Shown: one piece after another, positions 25,190 to 42,490 of the stretch | Numbering within the stretch: the stretch's first letter is position 1 | Layout of the letters: each line of letters begins with the position of its first letter | From: Lama glama | Lineage: Eukaryota | Length of the DNA stretch: 64,000 bases | Direction: 5' to 3' | Assembly (NCBI GenBank): GCA_028534125.1 | Contig: JAPYYK010000093.1 | Location: forward strand, 620,001-684,000 | Notes under the pieces: generated by a model | Seen by the model: the letters and a program-made list of their open reading frames with translations, nothing else | What the model was told of the DNA's origin: nothing | Databases searched by the model: none | Made by a program: the position numbers and the translations under genes

Positions 25190-26085
25190 GTTGAAATCAC
25201 TGCATGATAATCTGGAGGGAAAAAATGAACTTGGTTCCATACCTCATACCTTAAAACAAACACCAATTCCACTTGGATCAAAGCCAGATGGACTAAAGAA
25301 TAAAGAGCAAATTTCTAGAAGAAAACAAGGGGTTTTTGTACAGCTTTAATCTGATATGACCTTTTATAAGTATAACAAAAAAATAGAAAAGCCATGAGAG
25401 AAAAAATTGGATACACTCAACTACATGAAAATCAAACATTTCCATATGGGGAAAAAATCAAAGTTTAAAGACAAACAACAAGCTGAGGGGAAAACTACTA
25501 ATTTCATATAGATAAAGGGTAAAGGGCCCCTATAAACCTAGAAGGGAAACACCCACAATCCCACTGAAAATGGGCAGAGGAGAGGCACACAGAGTTACAC
25601 AAAAGGGAATCCAAAAGACTTGACTGCTGAAATGATGCTCAACTTCATTTCTCTGAGAGAAATGCAGATTAAACAGACGAAGTTGTGAAAGGTCGATGCA
25701 CATTTCTGGTCAGCACAGGGGAAACTTGTAGTGAGTTGCTTTTTAGAGGATAAATGGTGTGACCTCCATGAAAGCAACGTGGCAATATCTATCAAAATTA
25801 AAAATGCACATAGATCTTTTGGGCTAGCACTGCCCACTTCTAGGAATTTATCCTACAGATAAACTCACAAGCCTGTGAAATCCCTCCCCAATGTATTCGC
25901 TGTGTGATGTTTCTAAGAGTAATCGATTGGAAGCAGCCTACCCTGAGGAGCCTGGCTGAGTGAATACTGAGCATCCTCACCGTAAGTACTATGCAGCTAT
26001 TAAAACGGAGGAGGGTGAGGCAGTGCCACACGAGGTGATGTATGAACAAGATGTGGTGTATGTTTAGGCTGTTAACTTTACGTTC
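25190..26085 (+). mobile_element. Ancient L1 (L1M-type) ORF2 3' end / 3'UTR fragment
   Basis: A-rich; recognisable decayed L1 segments (ccatacctcatacc, caattccacttggatcaaag, gagaaatgcagattaaa, cccacttctaggaatttatcct, tactatgcagctattaaaa); no ORF. Confidence 0.85.
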
Positions 26086-26289
26086 TTTAAAAGAAGGATA
26101 AGTGTTCTGGAACCCTGCTGGTGCCCTTCAGAATGCTCAGCCCCCATCTCCCACACATCCTACGAAGTTGAGCTGCTTGGTGGCATCCACTTTGCCCTCT
26201 TGGTGATGTGTCTGGCCAAGGGGAGCTCACCGGGAATCTAGCAGGCACGAGGGGGACATCATGTTTATTCCCTGTTCCCTTCCGGTCCA

Positions 26290-26620
26290 TCCTCCTTTTG
26301 ATGTTTCTAAACAGAGATCTGGTACATCCCTCCTTGCTCAAAATGCTGCATGGCTCCCTGTCACCCTCTGGATGGAAGCCAGATCCCTACCATGGACCGC
26401 AAAGCCCCACCATGACTTTTAAGGGTCTGCTTCTGCCAGCTGCCCATTCGCTGTAATTCCAAACCTCTCCAAGCCCCCTGGTCTCAGCAAGGTTCCCTCT
26501 GCCTGCAGCCCTCCTCCTTTTCCAGGGGACAGCCTCAAAGGACCCCCTCGTCCTCCCCTGGCTGCTGTGCCCCTGCCCTGAAAGCAGGGAGCACTCTTCC
26601 CTGCATCCCACCTGTGCTCC
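26290..26620 (+). mobile_element. L2 LINE fragment
   Basis: tttctaaacagagatctggtacatccctccttgctcaaaatgctgcatggctccc matches my recollection of the L2 3' region. Confidence 0.6.
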
Positions 26621-26879
26621 TGGAATGCAGTTTGGTGCAATGGACAGAGGTACCCCAAGGCTCTTGGTCTCTGAAACCCTTCGGAGTCTGTGTTCTGCTG
26701 CAGGGCCCAGCTCTGGTCCTTCCAGACTTTGGAAAGAAGGTGGCTAGCTTGACTCACCCCTGGGAGGCTGGACCAAAAGAGGCCAGGGAGGACCTGGTGG
26801 GGGACTGGAGACCAAGGCTCAAGGAAAAGCCCTGGTAGGAAAGGATGTTGTTTGAGGCCAGGTAGGAACAGAACTGCAA

Positions 26880-27110
26880 GCAATCAGTAAGAAGCCATGT
26901 TTGTAAAAATAACTCGGCTGTCAGCAGTGATGAAACAATATAATAAATATGAGAAATAAATCTCGTTACCATGTAATGAGCTGCCTTATTAATGCGTTAA
27001 ACTTGTAAGAAATCCTTAAGTGTTTAATTGGCATCTAATGAGGGTGCCAATTAGGGATCATTATACCTTTCTTTAAAAAACCCTAATTGGCAGGGGGGCA
27101 TTTCAATCAA
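26880..27110. promoter_or_regulatory. Putative conserved non-coding enhancer (homeodomain/NFI-half-site cluster)
   Basis: Non-repetitive AT-rich island in a GC-rich background; TAATTGGCA three times and multiple TAAT cores. Confidence 0.55.
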
Positions 27111-28754
27111 TGCCACAGAGCCAGCTCCGGAGGGACCCCGTCCTGGAGGTGCATCTGGTAGCTGTACCTGCAGGGCCACACCTCTGGTGGCTAGCCCCAC
27201 TGGAGCCCACAGCAAGGTCAGGGCCACCGGGGTTGGACCCGCCCAAAGTCACCAGGCACCAAGACTCAGTTTCTCCTGAGCCACCAAATCCCACTGCTGC
27301 TGAAAGCCCGTCTGAAACGGTGCATCTGTCAGGAGGCTACCTTGTTCCTCCAACCAGACAGGGGGACTCGGGCTGTCTGGAGGCTTCAAGAGGCCAAGAG
27401 CTCACTGAGCATCGTGACCATAGTTCTCCTCCAGTGCCCAGCACTCAGTCTCAGCATCCCTCATGCAGCTAAATCTCATCCTGACTGCTTTTACAAGCAG
27501 CCTCATGTGCCTGGCGGGACCTGGGGTGGGCAATGGGACTCAGAGTGAATTCCATCCCTCCGGTCTCCAGCACTCAGCCCACCCTCCCAGGAAAAGTAAA
27601 GCCGAGCAGATCTATATTCCAGACCAGGCCAGCAGAAGAAAAGCGACCTGGGCAGCCAGAGCATGATTAATTACCAAATTAATCACTCGGGTAATTGCCA
27701 GAGAGCTGGGTGGAAAGCAGGGAAGGAGGCTGCTGCCCACCCGGGCAAGGCCCAGCCAGGCGCAGGGGGCTATAACCCTGGCCCAGGCCTGGGGCAAGAG
27801 GGCAGAGGCAGGAGACTGGCTGCAGTCTGAGCAGATGGCTTGGGCAGAATGGAGGCAGCAGACTGAGGGACTTGGAAGCCAAACTAGGGGGTTCCAGAGT
27901 TCAGGAGAAGCCTTGCAGGCCTGTGAGTGGAGGATGGAGGTGCTGTGGGGGCAGCGGTGAGTGGGGCATGGCTGGGAACCCAGGGAAAAGATGGCCAGCC
28001 AGGAGGACTGCGTGGGCACACTTGTAGGACTTGGAGGAAGGGAGGTAACTGACTTTGGGGGCTATAGGTTGCAGGAAGGACCCTGTTTCTTGCCTGGGGA
28101 TGGGGAAGGCAGCTGGCATCTCTGAGCTGGACAGAGCATGAGACAGGGCAAGGGACCAGCCCCTCCTCTGTGGCCTGTGGACTCCCAGGCTCCAGGGCCC
28201 TAAGCCAGGCTGGGGTTCTTGTAAAGGGGGAATGGGACTAGTAGCCTCTACCATCTGCTGGTTTTCAGGAATTGTCAGGAACCTGAGGGATCCCATCCTT
28301 CCCCAGTGGAAGACCATTCAGGTGGCTAAGTGGAGTCAGATCAGAGGGCTCTCTGTCCCCGGAGCTCAAGCCCTGACCTTTCTCTCCTGCCCCAGCTGTT
28401 CCCACTTATCCCTCCCAGGCTGGATCCCAGAGGCTGGGCTGTGTTTTCAGGAGGCCCCAGATCAGGCTGGGTTTGGAGCAGGGGACTGCCGCATGGCCCT
28501 GCCCCTGCCTGGTAGTGGGAGGCTTGGTGGGACCACATGTGCTCCTGGGCAGAGGTAACTTTAGAACTTGGGCCGCAAGGGAGGGTTTAGACCAGAGGCT
28601 GAGCCAGAACATATGACCTGAACCAGGTGCACCGGCAGCCCCTGTGGCCCCAGGGCTGCCCGAAGGCTGAGTCTACTGTGATTCAGAGTCTCCCACTCCT
28701 GTGAAGGCCCTGTAGCCCCTGGGCCACACTTTGAATCTTCAGCGTGTTAAATTA

Positions 28755-29440
28755 GCAAATAATTACCTAGTGTTTCCTGTGTGTCAGGCACTGTTCTAGG
28801 CCCTCTACAAATACGAACTCTTAATCCTATCAAGTAGTGGGTGACAGACACAACTAGCCTCTGATTCGCCCATCTGCCGGGACAAGCGGAGCCAATAGCA
28901 AGTATCAACTTCCACCTTCTGCAAAACCCACCAATCAGCATTTATCCTTTAGCATAATTTATCGGCATAACAACTTCCACCTCCCCCGACCTGAGTGAGG
29001 ACTACTGGCGGGAAAGTTCATCCCTGGCCCTCTTTTCAGACATGCCCCTTTCACTTTCAGTATATCCACCAATCAAAACTTACCTCACAGTACCCCTCAT
29101 TTGCATAAGAACCCACCAATCAGCTCCTACCCATGGGGATAAGTAACCAAGTCTGGGCGTTAGAAAGTGGGCTCCAGTCTAAATGGGAACCTTTTTTTGC
29201 AGGTGTTCCCCAAAGCTTACATGCAGTGTGGGCTCCAGTATAACCGGAGCTCTCTCTGCAGGTTTCCAAAAATAGGTCTGGCTCTGCCATTGCATTGTGT
29301 CTGTTTTTTTCTTTTTATTATTTCTCTCTGACTCTAAGAGGGAGGGCCTGTCTTACACTTTACAGAGGAGGAAACTGAGTCAAGAAATTTAGGGCCTTAT
29401 CTCTAGTCACTAGCGGATTAGTTGAGATTCAGACCAGCTG
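28755..29440 (-). mobile_element. MIR SINE split by the LTR (28755-28841 and 29358-29440)
   Basis: Left part tgtgtcaggcactgttctaggccct...ttaatcct; right part tttacagaggaggaaactgagtc. Confidence 0.7.
28842..29357 (+). mobile_element. ERV-like solo LTR (family not identified) inserted into a MIR
   Basis: TG...CA ends with imperfect inverted termini (TGACAGACA / TGTCTTACA); four CCAAT boxes; internal direct repeats; GU/U-rich U5-like 3' part; the flanks rejoin into a reverse MIR. Confidence 0.75.
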
Positions 29441-30638
29441 GTTCATGGAGCAAAGAGCATTTGGCTGAGTCTAGTTGTCCCAGGGTCTTTGTGCAGAGGT
29501 CACTGGGGTGTATGGCATGTGCACCCACAGTGGGAGGCTGACTGTCCATGAGTCACACCCGGTTTTGATGGTGGTGTGCGGTCAGTCACACTGCTGGCTT
29601 CTCAGTCAGGCTGCATGTGGACACTTACCACTTTGTGGGAGCTGCCTGTTCCTTGCTTTCAGTTCCTGCCATCCCCAGCCCAGAGCGAGCAGCCGTGGAT
29701 TCCACAGAGCTAGCTTCAAAACTGGCTACAGGTGGGACAGTTAATTGATCTCATCTGGAAAGAAGTCTTCACAGTGGGGGAGGGGAAACAAGTCTCCTTT
29801 ATCATTTTTCTATGCAATGCCCTTGTAGGCACTGAAAGGAGCTAAGATCTGAGGTAAAGACGGCATTGACAGCGGAAGTCCCAGTGCAGGCACAAGTGGC
29901 AGTGGGAAAGTTCCAGGAGGGAGTGATCTGCAGATATTGTGAGCTTAGCTCATGACCACCAGAGGGAATGCCCATCATCCAGCCAGCTGAACCTGCCAGC
30001 AGGCCTGCCCTGTCTCCTGGGGACAGGAAGGTTGGCATCCTTCCCTCCCTATGGAAGCTGCCTGGTGAAGCTGAGGGGAGAGGCAGTCCCTGAACAACCC
30101 TCGGTGTTTGGCACAGACCCCTCCTGTCTTCAAATGCCCACAAGGGCTGCTCTGTTGACTGGTGAATCCTTGGGTTCAGCCTTTATCCCCTGCTGGGAGA
30201 AGTGACTAGATACCAAGTCAGGGCCCGCAGCCTAGACCTTCCAAAATATGCATAGGGGAGATCTTTGGGGATTGTTCTGGGAAGACCCATCCTCCATAAT
30301 AAAAGTTCAAGTAAGCACATACGTTTATTGAAGACTCCACGTGCTTTCATATATTAAATCTTATTTAATTCTCATGAGGGAAGGACCACTTATCAATCCT
30401 CCATTCAATGAATAGCCCTGAGCACCTGTTATGTATCGGGCTCCGTTCTGGAGTCTCAAGACACAGACATGTGAAGTCTTCTTGACTCAGCCCCAGTCCA
30501 GCCTGCTTCTGACAGGGAGGAAGCAAACAGCTTCAGTGCACCAGCCACCCAGACTGCTGAAAAAAGCCTCAGGGCCAAATTTCACTCAGAGCGCCCCAGT
30601 ATTGGCCCCACATGCCGAGCTCATGATCTAGGCCTGCA

Positions 30639-30652
30639 CCGCCACCTGGTGG
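30639..30652 (-). promoter_or_regulatory. CTCF core motif CCACCAGGTGGCGG
   Basis: Perfect match to CCASYAGRKGGCRS on the minus strand, in the context TGACCACCAGGTGGCGGTG. Confidence 0.7.
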
Positions 30653-31863
30653 TCACATTGGGAAGAGCTCCAGAATACTCTTGCCAAGGGAAATTGGTCC
30701 ACTCACCACTGAGGCTTGGGGAGGTTACCCTTGCGGATGGAAACAGGCCTCCTGGGTCCCTTTGGCATAGTGGAGAAGGGTGTGGTCTTTCTGGGGGAGT
30801 CATTCAGCAGCACCCTTGGCCTGGTGATCCTCGCAGAGCTGTCTGATAGACCCACTTCCCCACCAGCACCAGTGTGGAAGACAAGGGTAGTCAGTAAGAG
30901 ACAATGCTTATGGCACATAGGGTTGGCCCAGCGCAATGTAGGCGCCCCATGTTTGTAGGGGTCATCTGGTGAGATCTCCATCACTTGTGTCATGGCTGTG
31001 AGGAAGTCCATCATCCCCTAAGCCTTGTCCCTGCCCAGCCTGAAACCCCCCTCAACTTGTGTCCAAACCCAGCACAAGGCCCAGCACCACGAAAGCCTTG
31101 CCTTATCCCTACTCAGAAGGGGTGTTTCTTCCTCTGAATTCCCCTGTCACCTTGCCCGTGCCTCTTGTCACCTCCTAGTGAGGGGTGAATTGTTGCTGTC
31201 AGCATTGTTGTTTGACTCTCGTGCTGGGTGGGACTCTTCCGAGGCCAGCCCCCTGTAGGTGCCCCTCAGCCCCAGAGTCCAGCTGGGGCCTGGTTTGGAG
31301 GAGTTCGGAAGGACTGAAGAGAATGAGTGAGTGGTGAGGGAAGGGACAGCTCTGTCTTCAGAGAACATTCCTTCTTTGGGAGTCTTGGATGTGAGCTCTG
31401 GGGTTAGCTCAGCTGGGGTCAAATCCAGGCCCTGCTGCATGCTAAGTAACCCTAGTGCTTTGTGCCCAGTTCCCCCACGTATAATATGAGGGCACAAGTG
31501 GTACCCAGGCTATGGGGTTCCTGGGAGGAGTTAAACGGGCTTTGCTTCTGCCTGCCAGTGTCCTGGCAGGTTCACACACAGACTCTGGGGCTGACCCACC
31601 TGCAGGGATTTATGGCAGGAATTCTGTCCTCCTCCATTAGGGGCTTCAGAGTGTCACCTTATTGACCTGTTATTGAGCTGCTGCTAAGTCCCTTAAGTCG
31701 CTCATAATCTGTTCTCAGCCTCCTCGGGGTGAAGAGCGTCTTGGCGATCTCTGCCAGGGAGGGGCCCACACTCCCATTACTTGGCTTTCTGGGGCTTCCA
31801 GCCTGCTGGCATGGGAGCAGGGGTAGGGCAGTGGTTCTATATCTGCCTCCTGGACCTAAGTAG

Positions 31864-32023
31864 CAGGGCTGGGGCTAGGATGAGGTGAGTGAGGCACCCA
31901 GGGCACAGATTTGAGGAGGCATTCATGTTTAGGTTGGTGCAAGTGTAGTACCAGCACCTGAGTGAGGGCTTCTGATATTTTAAACCCTAGGCTCCCATTC
32001 ACCTCAGCCTAGTCCTGGCCCAG
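31864..32023. mobile_element. MER91A-like palindromic MITE (hAT-Tip100)
   Basis: Ends CAGGGCTGGGGCTAGG / CCTAGTCCTGGCCCAG are inverted; internal gaggtgagtgaggcacccagggcac...gtgcaagtg match my recollection of MER91A. Confidence 0.8.
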
Positions 32024-35000
32024 CCAGATAAGTCCCCAAGTCAGGACCTGCAGTGTGAGGGCTGCTCTCCACACCACATGGGGGAGAGGTTGAGTGCAGG
32101 GGGGATCCGAGGATGGGGCCAGAGGAGAATTCAGGGCCACCAGACAGGCGACTGGGCTGAGGATGGGGCAGGAAGGCATCTGCAGTGCCTATACAAGCCA
32201 GCAGGTGACAGCACAGGAAGGCATCCGAGGCTGGAAGGCTGACTGGAGAGCCAAGTGGGCAGTGCCTGCTGGGTGCCCCATCAGGCCCCAGCACCTTTCT
32301 ATTTCTAGGATTGTCTGAGATTCCTTCTCGAACGGTGTAGAGGAAGAGCCAGTCCCTGGGTGCTGGATCTCTTCCTCTGTACAATGGGTGACCGGATACC
32401 CTGCAAGAAGGGCACTGGCAATTAAGTGAGATTGTGTTGGGTTCAGGTCAATCGACTGACCTGGCCCTCTCTCCATGAGATGGTCCACTGTATCTGGCAC
32501 ATGGCAGGAGCTCAATAAACCATGCATAATTATTATTATTATGTTATTAGTATTGGCATTGTTATTACCCGTGCCCCTTTATCTCTTGCTGCACCGCAGG
32601 AAGCACCCCCCCCCCAAACCCAGGCCTCCACGCCTCCAACAGAAGTACGCTAGGGCTGGGCAGGCGGGAATGGCAGGAATAAACACCCCCTCTTCTCCTG
32701 TTTGACCAGAGGACAGGAGGCCTGTCAGCCACAAGGGCTGGGACATCTACTATTGTCCCCTCTCTACATTCTCCCAGGCTAGACCCCAGAGGCAGCCAGG
32801 TAGGAGGAGCTGAGGGCACTGGATGGGCCTCAGCCTGGCTGTCACTGGAAACACTGGGGAAGCCCCCAGCAGGTGGGCATATCCATCCATGCTGCCATCC
32901 AGGAAGGCAGGAGCTGGACCAGTGATGTGAGAACTGGGGAAACTGGGTGCCCCTTGAGAGTGATCTGTGGGGTGTTGGCAGATCCAGGTGGGAGGTGCCA
33001 GCACCCAGTGGCCATGTATCAGGAGAACAGAGCAGTGCAGACAAGGCCATGGCCTCCCACACCATCCCACACAGGCACACCTGGAGGATATGGGGCTGAA
33101 ATCCAGGCGGCCATGGAGCCTCAGAGGTGACCAGGTCCTAGTCCTGGCCTAGGAAGGCTGGACTGAATCTGTGGCCCTTTCCCCTGAGATGCCTATGCAT
33201 ACGGGGTCTCAGGACATGCCCGACCTCCTGTCAGGTTAAAGGGAGTTGGGGGCTTAGAGCACCTTGAGCCACCCTGGTAGGGGCAGGCAGTATTGCTGTC
33301 CTCATGCTAAGGCCTGCTACAGGGACAGCTGGACAGGATAGGGTGGAGATGTCTGCTCTCAGCATCTGAACACCCCCAGGCACACTCAGATCCTCTCCCT
33401 GCCTTCTTTTTCATAGAGATGTAGATACAAATATGTGGACGTACAGACTGTGTGTACACACATAACACACACACACACTCATCCCTTCTTCCTATTTGAC
33501 ATCTGTCTCTTCCCATCTCAAATGGCGACGCAGAGACCGGGCTGGTGCTGGGCCCCCAGTGAGGCTCGGTGATGTTTCTGGAAAGAATCCATTGCAAGGT
33601 CAGACTACTCCACAGGAGTTTCTGGGCTCACCTCCACAAGAACTTTCCTTTACATTCTGAAGGCGTCCCTGGCATCTGCCTGCAGTCAGGCAATGGGATT
33701 ATTGTATTCACTTTGGCTTGAAGGTGACACCTCACTTGATTAAACAAGATGGCCTCCTCCAAAGGCACCCATCCACGTCCACCCTGATACCACCCTGCAA
33801 ACCGCTGCGGCTTCTGCCTGAAGCCCTGGTCGCTACTCATGAGGTGGGGTTTCATGTACTGATGTGTGGGGCTGGGGGGCAGCTCCCAAGGGCCCTCTTG
33901 TAACAGTCAGGAGCAGCAACCGCAGGCAGGCAACACCATCTCACCCCTTCTGCCTGGCTGAGGGCAGTGAGGAGAGTTCTGGTCAACCCACCAGGCCCAT
34001 GGTCACAGGGAGGACATGTCGCCTGGAAACTCTTACCCCGATGTTTATTGATCTCATACTCTGTGGAAGAATTGGGAACCTTCGGGAAGTCTGGGTTTCC
34101 TCCAGGACTGGGAAAGAGCTAGAAAACAGAAGGCGGGTGGAAGGGAAGAGGTGACTGCGAGGGGACAAGGGATGAGGTGGCAGCTCCCGTCACCCACAGA
34201 AAGCCACCATTTGTCCATCACCTAGCCAAGGAAAAGGAAAGGGGTCTGGGGCAGGCAGTGGGAGAGAATGGGGACAGGGGTCCTCCTGGAGCCCCCGCCC
34301 CAGGCCCTGTTCTCAGTGCCAGCCTTACTCTGTAGACCGTTTTTAGGGTCTCCCAGACATCACGTCTTCTGCAGCTCCACGTTCTTTGGCTGAGGGGCTC
34401 TCCAACAGGATGCGGGTGCAAAGCCTATACATCCCTTCTCCTCTTGCCCTCAGGAGTCCTGCCAGTGCGCTGAGGAAAGGGGACCCCTCCCCAAGGCTGG
34501 GGTCGGTCACGGAAAGACCCAGCTGTCTGACCCCAGTGTGGGAGGCCCATGGGGTGCTTGGCGCCCTCGCCCTTTACCCAAGGCCCTGTTCTGAAGCCCC
34601 CACCTCCAGCCCAGCCCTGGGAGCTCACCTCTTCCTTGTTTTCACTTACACTAGCCTGAAGGCTCAGCTCTCTAGCGGAGGGTCTGCATGTCACTTAGGG
34701 TCCTGGTTTGTGGGATTTTCAATGCTAAAATTGTGTGGCCCTGAGAAAACTAGGACAGTTGGTCACCCTGGTGTCATTCTCCCCCAGACCCTTTTGAACC
34801 CTGCAGGTGGCTTCACACCCCACCCACCCCCTGCACCCTTGTACTCTGGGAAAAACCATTTTTCCCCTATTGTTTCAGACCCAGCTCATATGGGTCCTGA
34901 GGCACCATACCTCCCCTGCACCTTGGGGCTCCAGCCCCCTCCCACCTCTGGTCCCACAGGTCCTGTCCACTCGGCCTCTCCACCCAAGCGGATGGCAGGC

Positions 35001-35235
35001 ATGTGACTCCATTCCACAGTTGAGGCACGAGGCCCCAGAGCAGCCTTGAACTCTGGACCAGAGGCGTTTCACCCAAATGAACAAGAAAGCCAACTCGGCT
35101 GCCACCTCATAGCTGGAATCCAAGCGGCCACACCTAGGTCCCCCACAGCCCCTCACCCATCCTGCCCCTCCTGGGGTTTCACACCCGGAGTGTCACAAGC
35201 TCACACTCTTTTTGTGTAAACATCTTAATTACATC

Positions 35236-35241
35236 TTTAAT
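35236..35241 (-). terminator. C3orf18: Probable C3orf18 polyadenylation signal ATTAAA
   Basis: Minus-strand ATTAAA in an AT-rich block (35205-35345) ~1.5 kb after the stop codon. Confidence 0.6.
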
Positions 35242-36708
35242 GCTCTTACATGGAGATGCTGTGAGTTAAATTACAGCTTCTGTGCATCCTAAATTACCCG
35301 CAGCCCTCCAGTTGGCTCAAGTGCTAACGTATTTATAGCATCTAGAGGAGGAATCAATCCAGAACCTTCCCCACGCAGGCCTCCTCGGCCCTCACATCCT
35401 GACACGTGGTATTTGCCCAACAGAAGTTTTGTACATGCCACCCTCGTGTCCCCTCCAACCAGCAGAGGACAGTGAGGGCGGCGAGGCTGGGCCTGGAGGG
35501 CGTGTGGCTGTGCATGCTCACATGCGCATGCGTGCCCAGCGGAGAAAAAGTGCTCAGTGCCTGGGGTCTGGCTTGGCCTAGTGCCTTGTCCAGATGCCTC
35601 AGAATGGTAGAATTCCTGAGGGGCCTGGGGTGGGCGGACAATGGGTAGGTGGGCTGTGCGCTCAAAAGACAGACTAGGTCTCCTAGGTCTGTATCCCCAC
35701 CAGGTTTCAGGCAGTCAGAATTCCCCCTGCTAGCCCGCAGCCTGCGGCCACTGCCCTCAGACCAATAGCCTCTCCCCTCAGCCCCAGATCACCAACATAA
35801 CCAAGACAGGGAACCATTTCAGAAGCAGGTTACCTGGCATTTAGAGCCCAGTGAGGAGACGCAGTGGGCAGTGGACCCTCACCTTTGCTTTCCTCTCCCT
35901 TCTGTCCCTGAACACTGAAGGCAGACAAGGTGGCCTACTTAGTGCTCTTCTATACACCATGGTGTGGGGGTCAGCTTGGAGTGTGGAGCTATGCAGAGGT
36001 CTCCATCCTGGCGCACACATCTATGAAGCCTCCCAGCAGGTCTGGCATGGCATCCCTCCACACCTGCTCCCCAACCTCCCTCCCCCTCAGCTCCCATCCT
36101 AGCTTGGGCCCAGCCAGTAGCTGGCTGCCAGGGAAGGGTGTCTGGAAGACCTCATGGCCCCTCTGTAACATGGATGGACCCTGCATAGGAGCAGCCCTCC
36201 TCCTGGCATCCTTGCCCGCTGGGCATTCAGCTCTATCCCTAAGCCTCTCCCAGGGTGCCACCACACCATCCCCAAGACCTGGCTGGTTGCCTCTCCCCAC
36301 CCAAGAGGAGGCTCCAGATTGCAAAGATGGGTCTTGCCTTGACAGAAGGGAAACCCCCGACTCTCTTTCCCTTCCATTCCCAACCCATGTCTCCTCCATT
36401 TCCTCCACATTAGAGGAACAGACTCTGATGTGAGGGGTCTGGAAAGGGAACAAGGCAGCCAGCAATAGCTCTTCACCTCCCTGACATGAGGGATGCTCTC
36501 CATGCCAGGCCCCTCAGATCAGAGGACATCAGTGGCCATAGGCCCAGCCTGGCCAGGGGCCTCTCTTGGAGCATGGAAAGTTAGCAGGTGGGTCCTCAAA
36601 ACAGCTGGGGCCTTGGCAGGGCAGGTCCTGAGAGTAGGCCTTAATGATCTCGGAGTAGGCAGCTCTGTGGGCACTGTGGCAGGTGTCTTCATCAGAGGTC
36701 CAGGCCAC

Positions 36709-41837
<5,129 letters not shown>

Positions 41838-42339
41838 CTATGGTCGGTCAACCTGCCCACTCACTTCTGACATCAGGAGTGTCCCAGCCTGTGGCCCCCA
41901 CTACCCATGTAGGTGGTCACGTCATTGGATAAAGGGAGCTCCCTGCCTCCCTGGGTGCTGGAAAGAAAAGAATAAAAAACATGAGGCTGAGGATGGGACT
42001 CCGTGGTGAGGTGAAGTCCCCTAAGTTCTTAAGACACAGGAGAAACAGAAGTTTGAGGGCAAGGGCAAATTCAGGGGACATCAGGACATGTGTTTTCTAT
42101 ACCCATGGGTCCCCTGTGGATCTAGGAACCTGAAATGAAGCCCTGCCCCCTCTTTGTGGGTAAGAGGATCATAGTGATCACACTTGGAAGATGTGAAAGG
42201 TAGTGGAGAGGTTTGAAAGAAAAAGTCACTCCCCACTCCCCACGTTCCCATCTCTCACTCTCTGCACCCCACATCCCTCACCTCCTGTTTGGAGAAAAAA
42301 ATTCTGCAGCTTTTTCCTTTCCTAGTGGGAAACACTTGC

Positions 42340-42490
42340 CCAAGAGTCAGACACGCCTGTCTTTGAACTCCAGTTCAGCCACTTAACTGACCCTAGAGAA
42401 GTCACTCCCACCCCTCAGTGTCTCAGTTTTCCTCAGTCTAAGGTGGAGATATTAAGAGCATCTCCCACACAGAAAAGGTAAGAGAGTCAC
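42340..42490 (+). mobile_element. MIR SINE
   Basis: gagtcagacacgcctg..tttgaactccagttcagccacttaactgacc...ctcagttttcctc. Confidence 0.75.

Noticed and set aside
32475-32705. 76-aa ORF with apparent TM helix (IIIIIMLLVLALLLPVPLYLLL) and basic tail
   Set aside because: The hydrophobic stretch derives from the (TTA)n tail of a MIR/L2-type 3' end (tctggcacatggcaggagctcaataaa...tattattatt); no evidence of expression.
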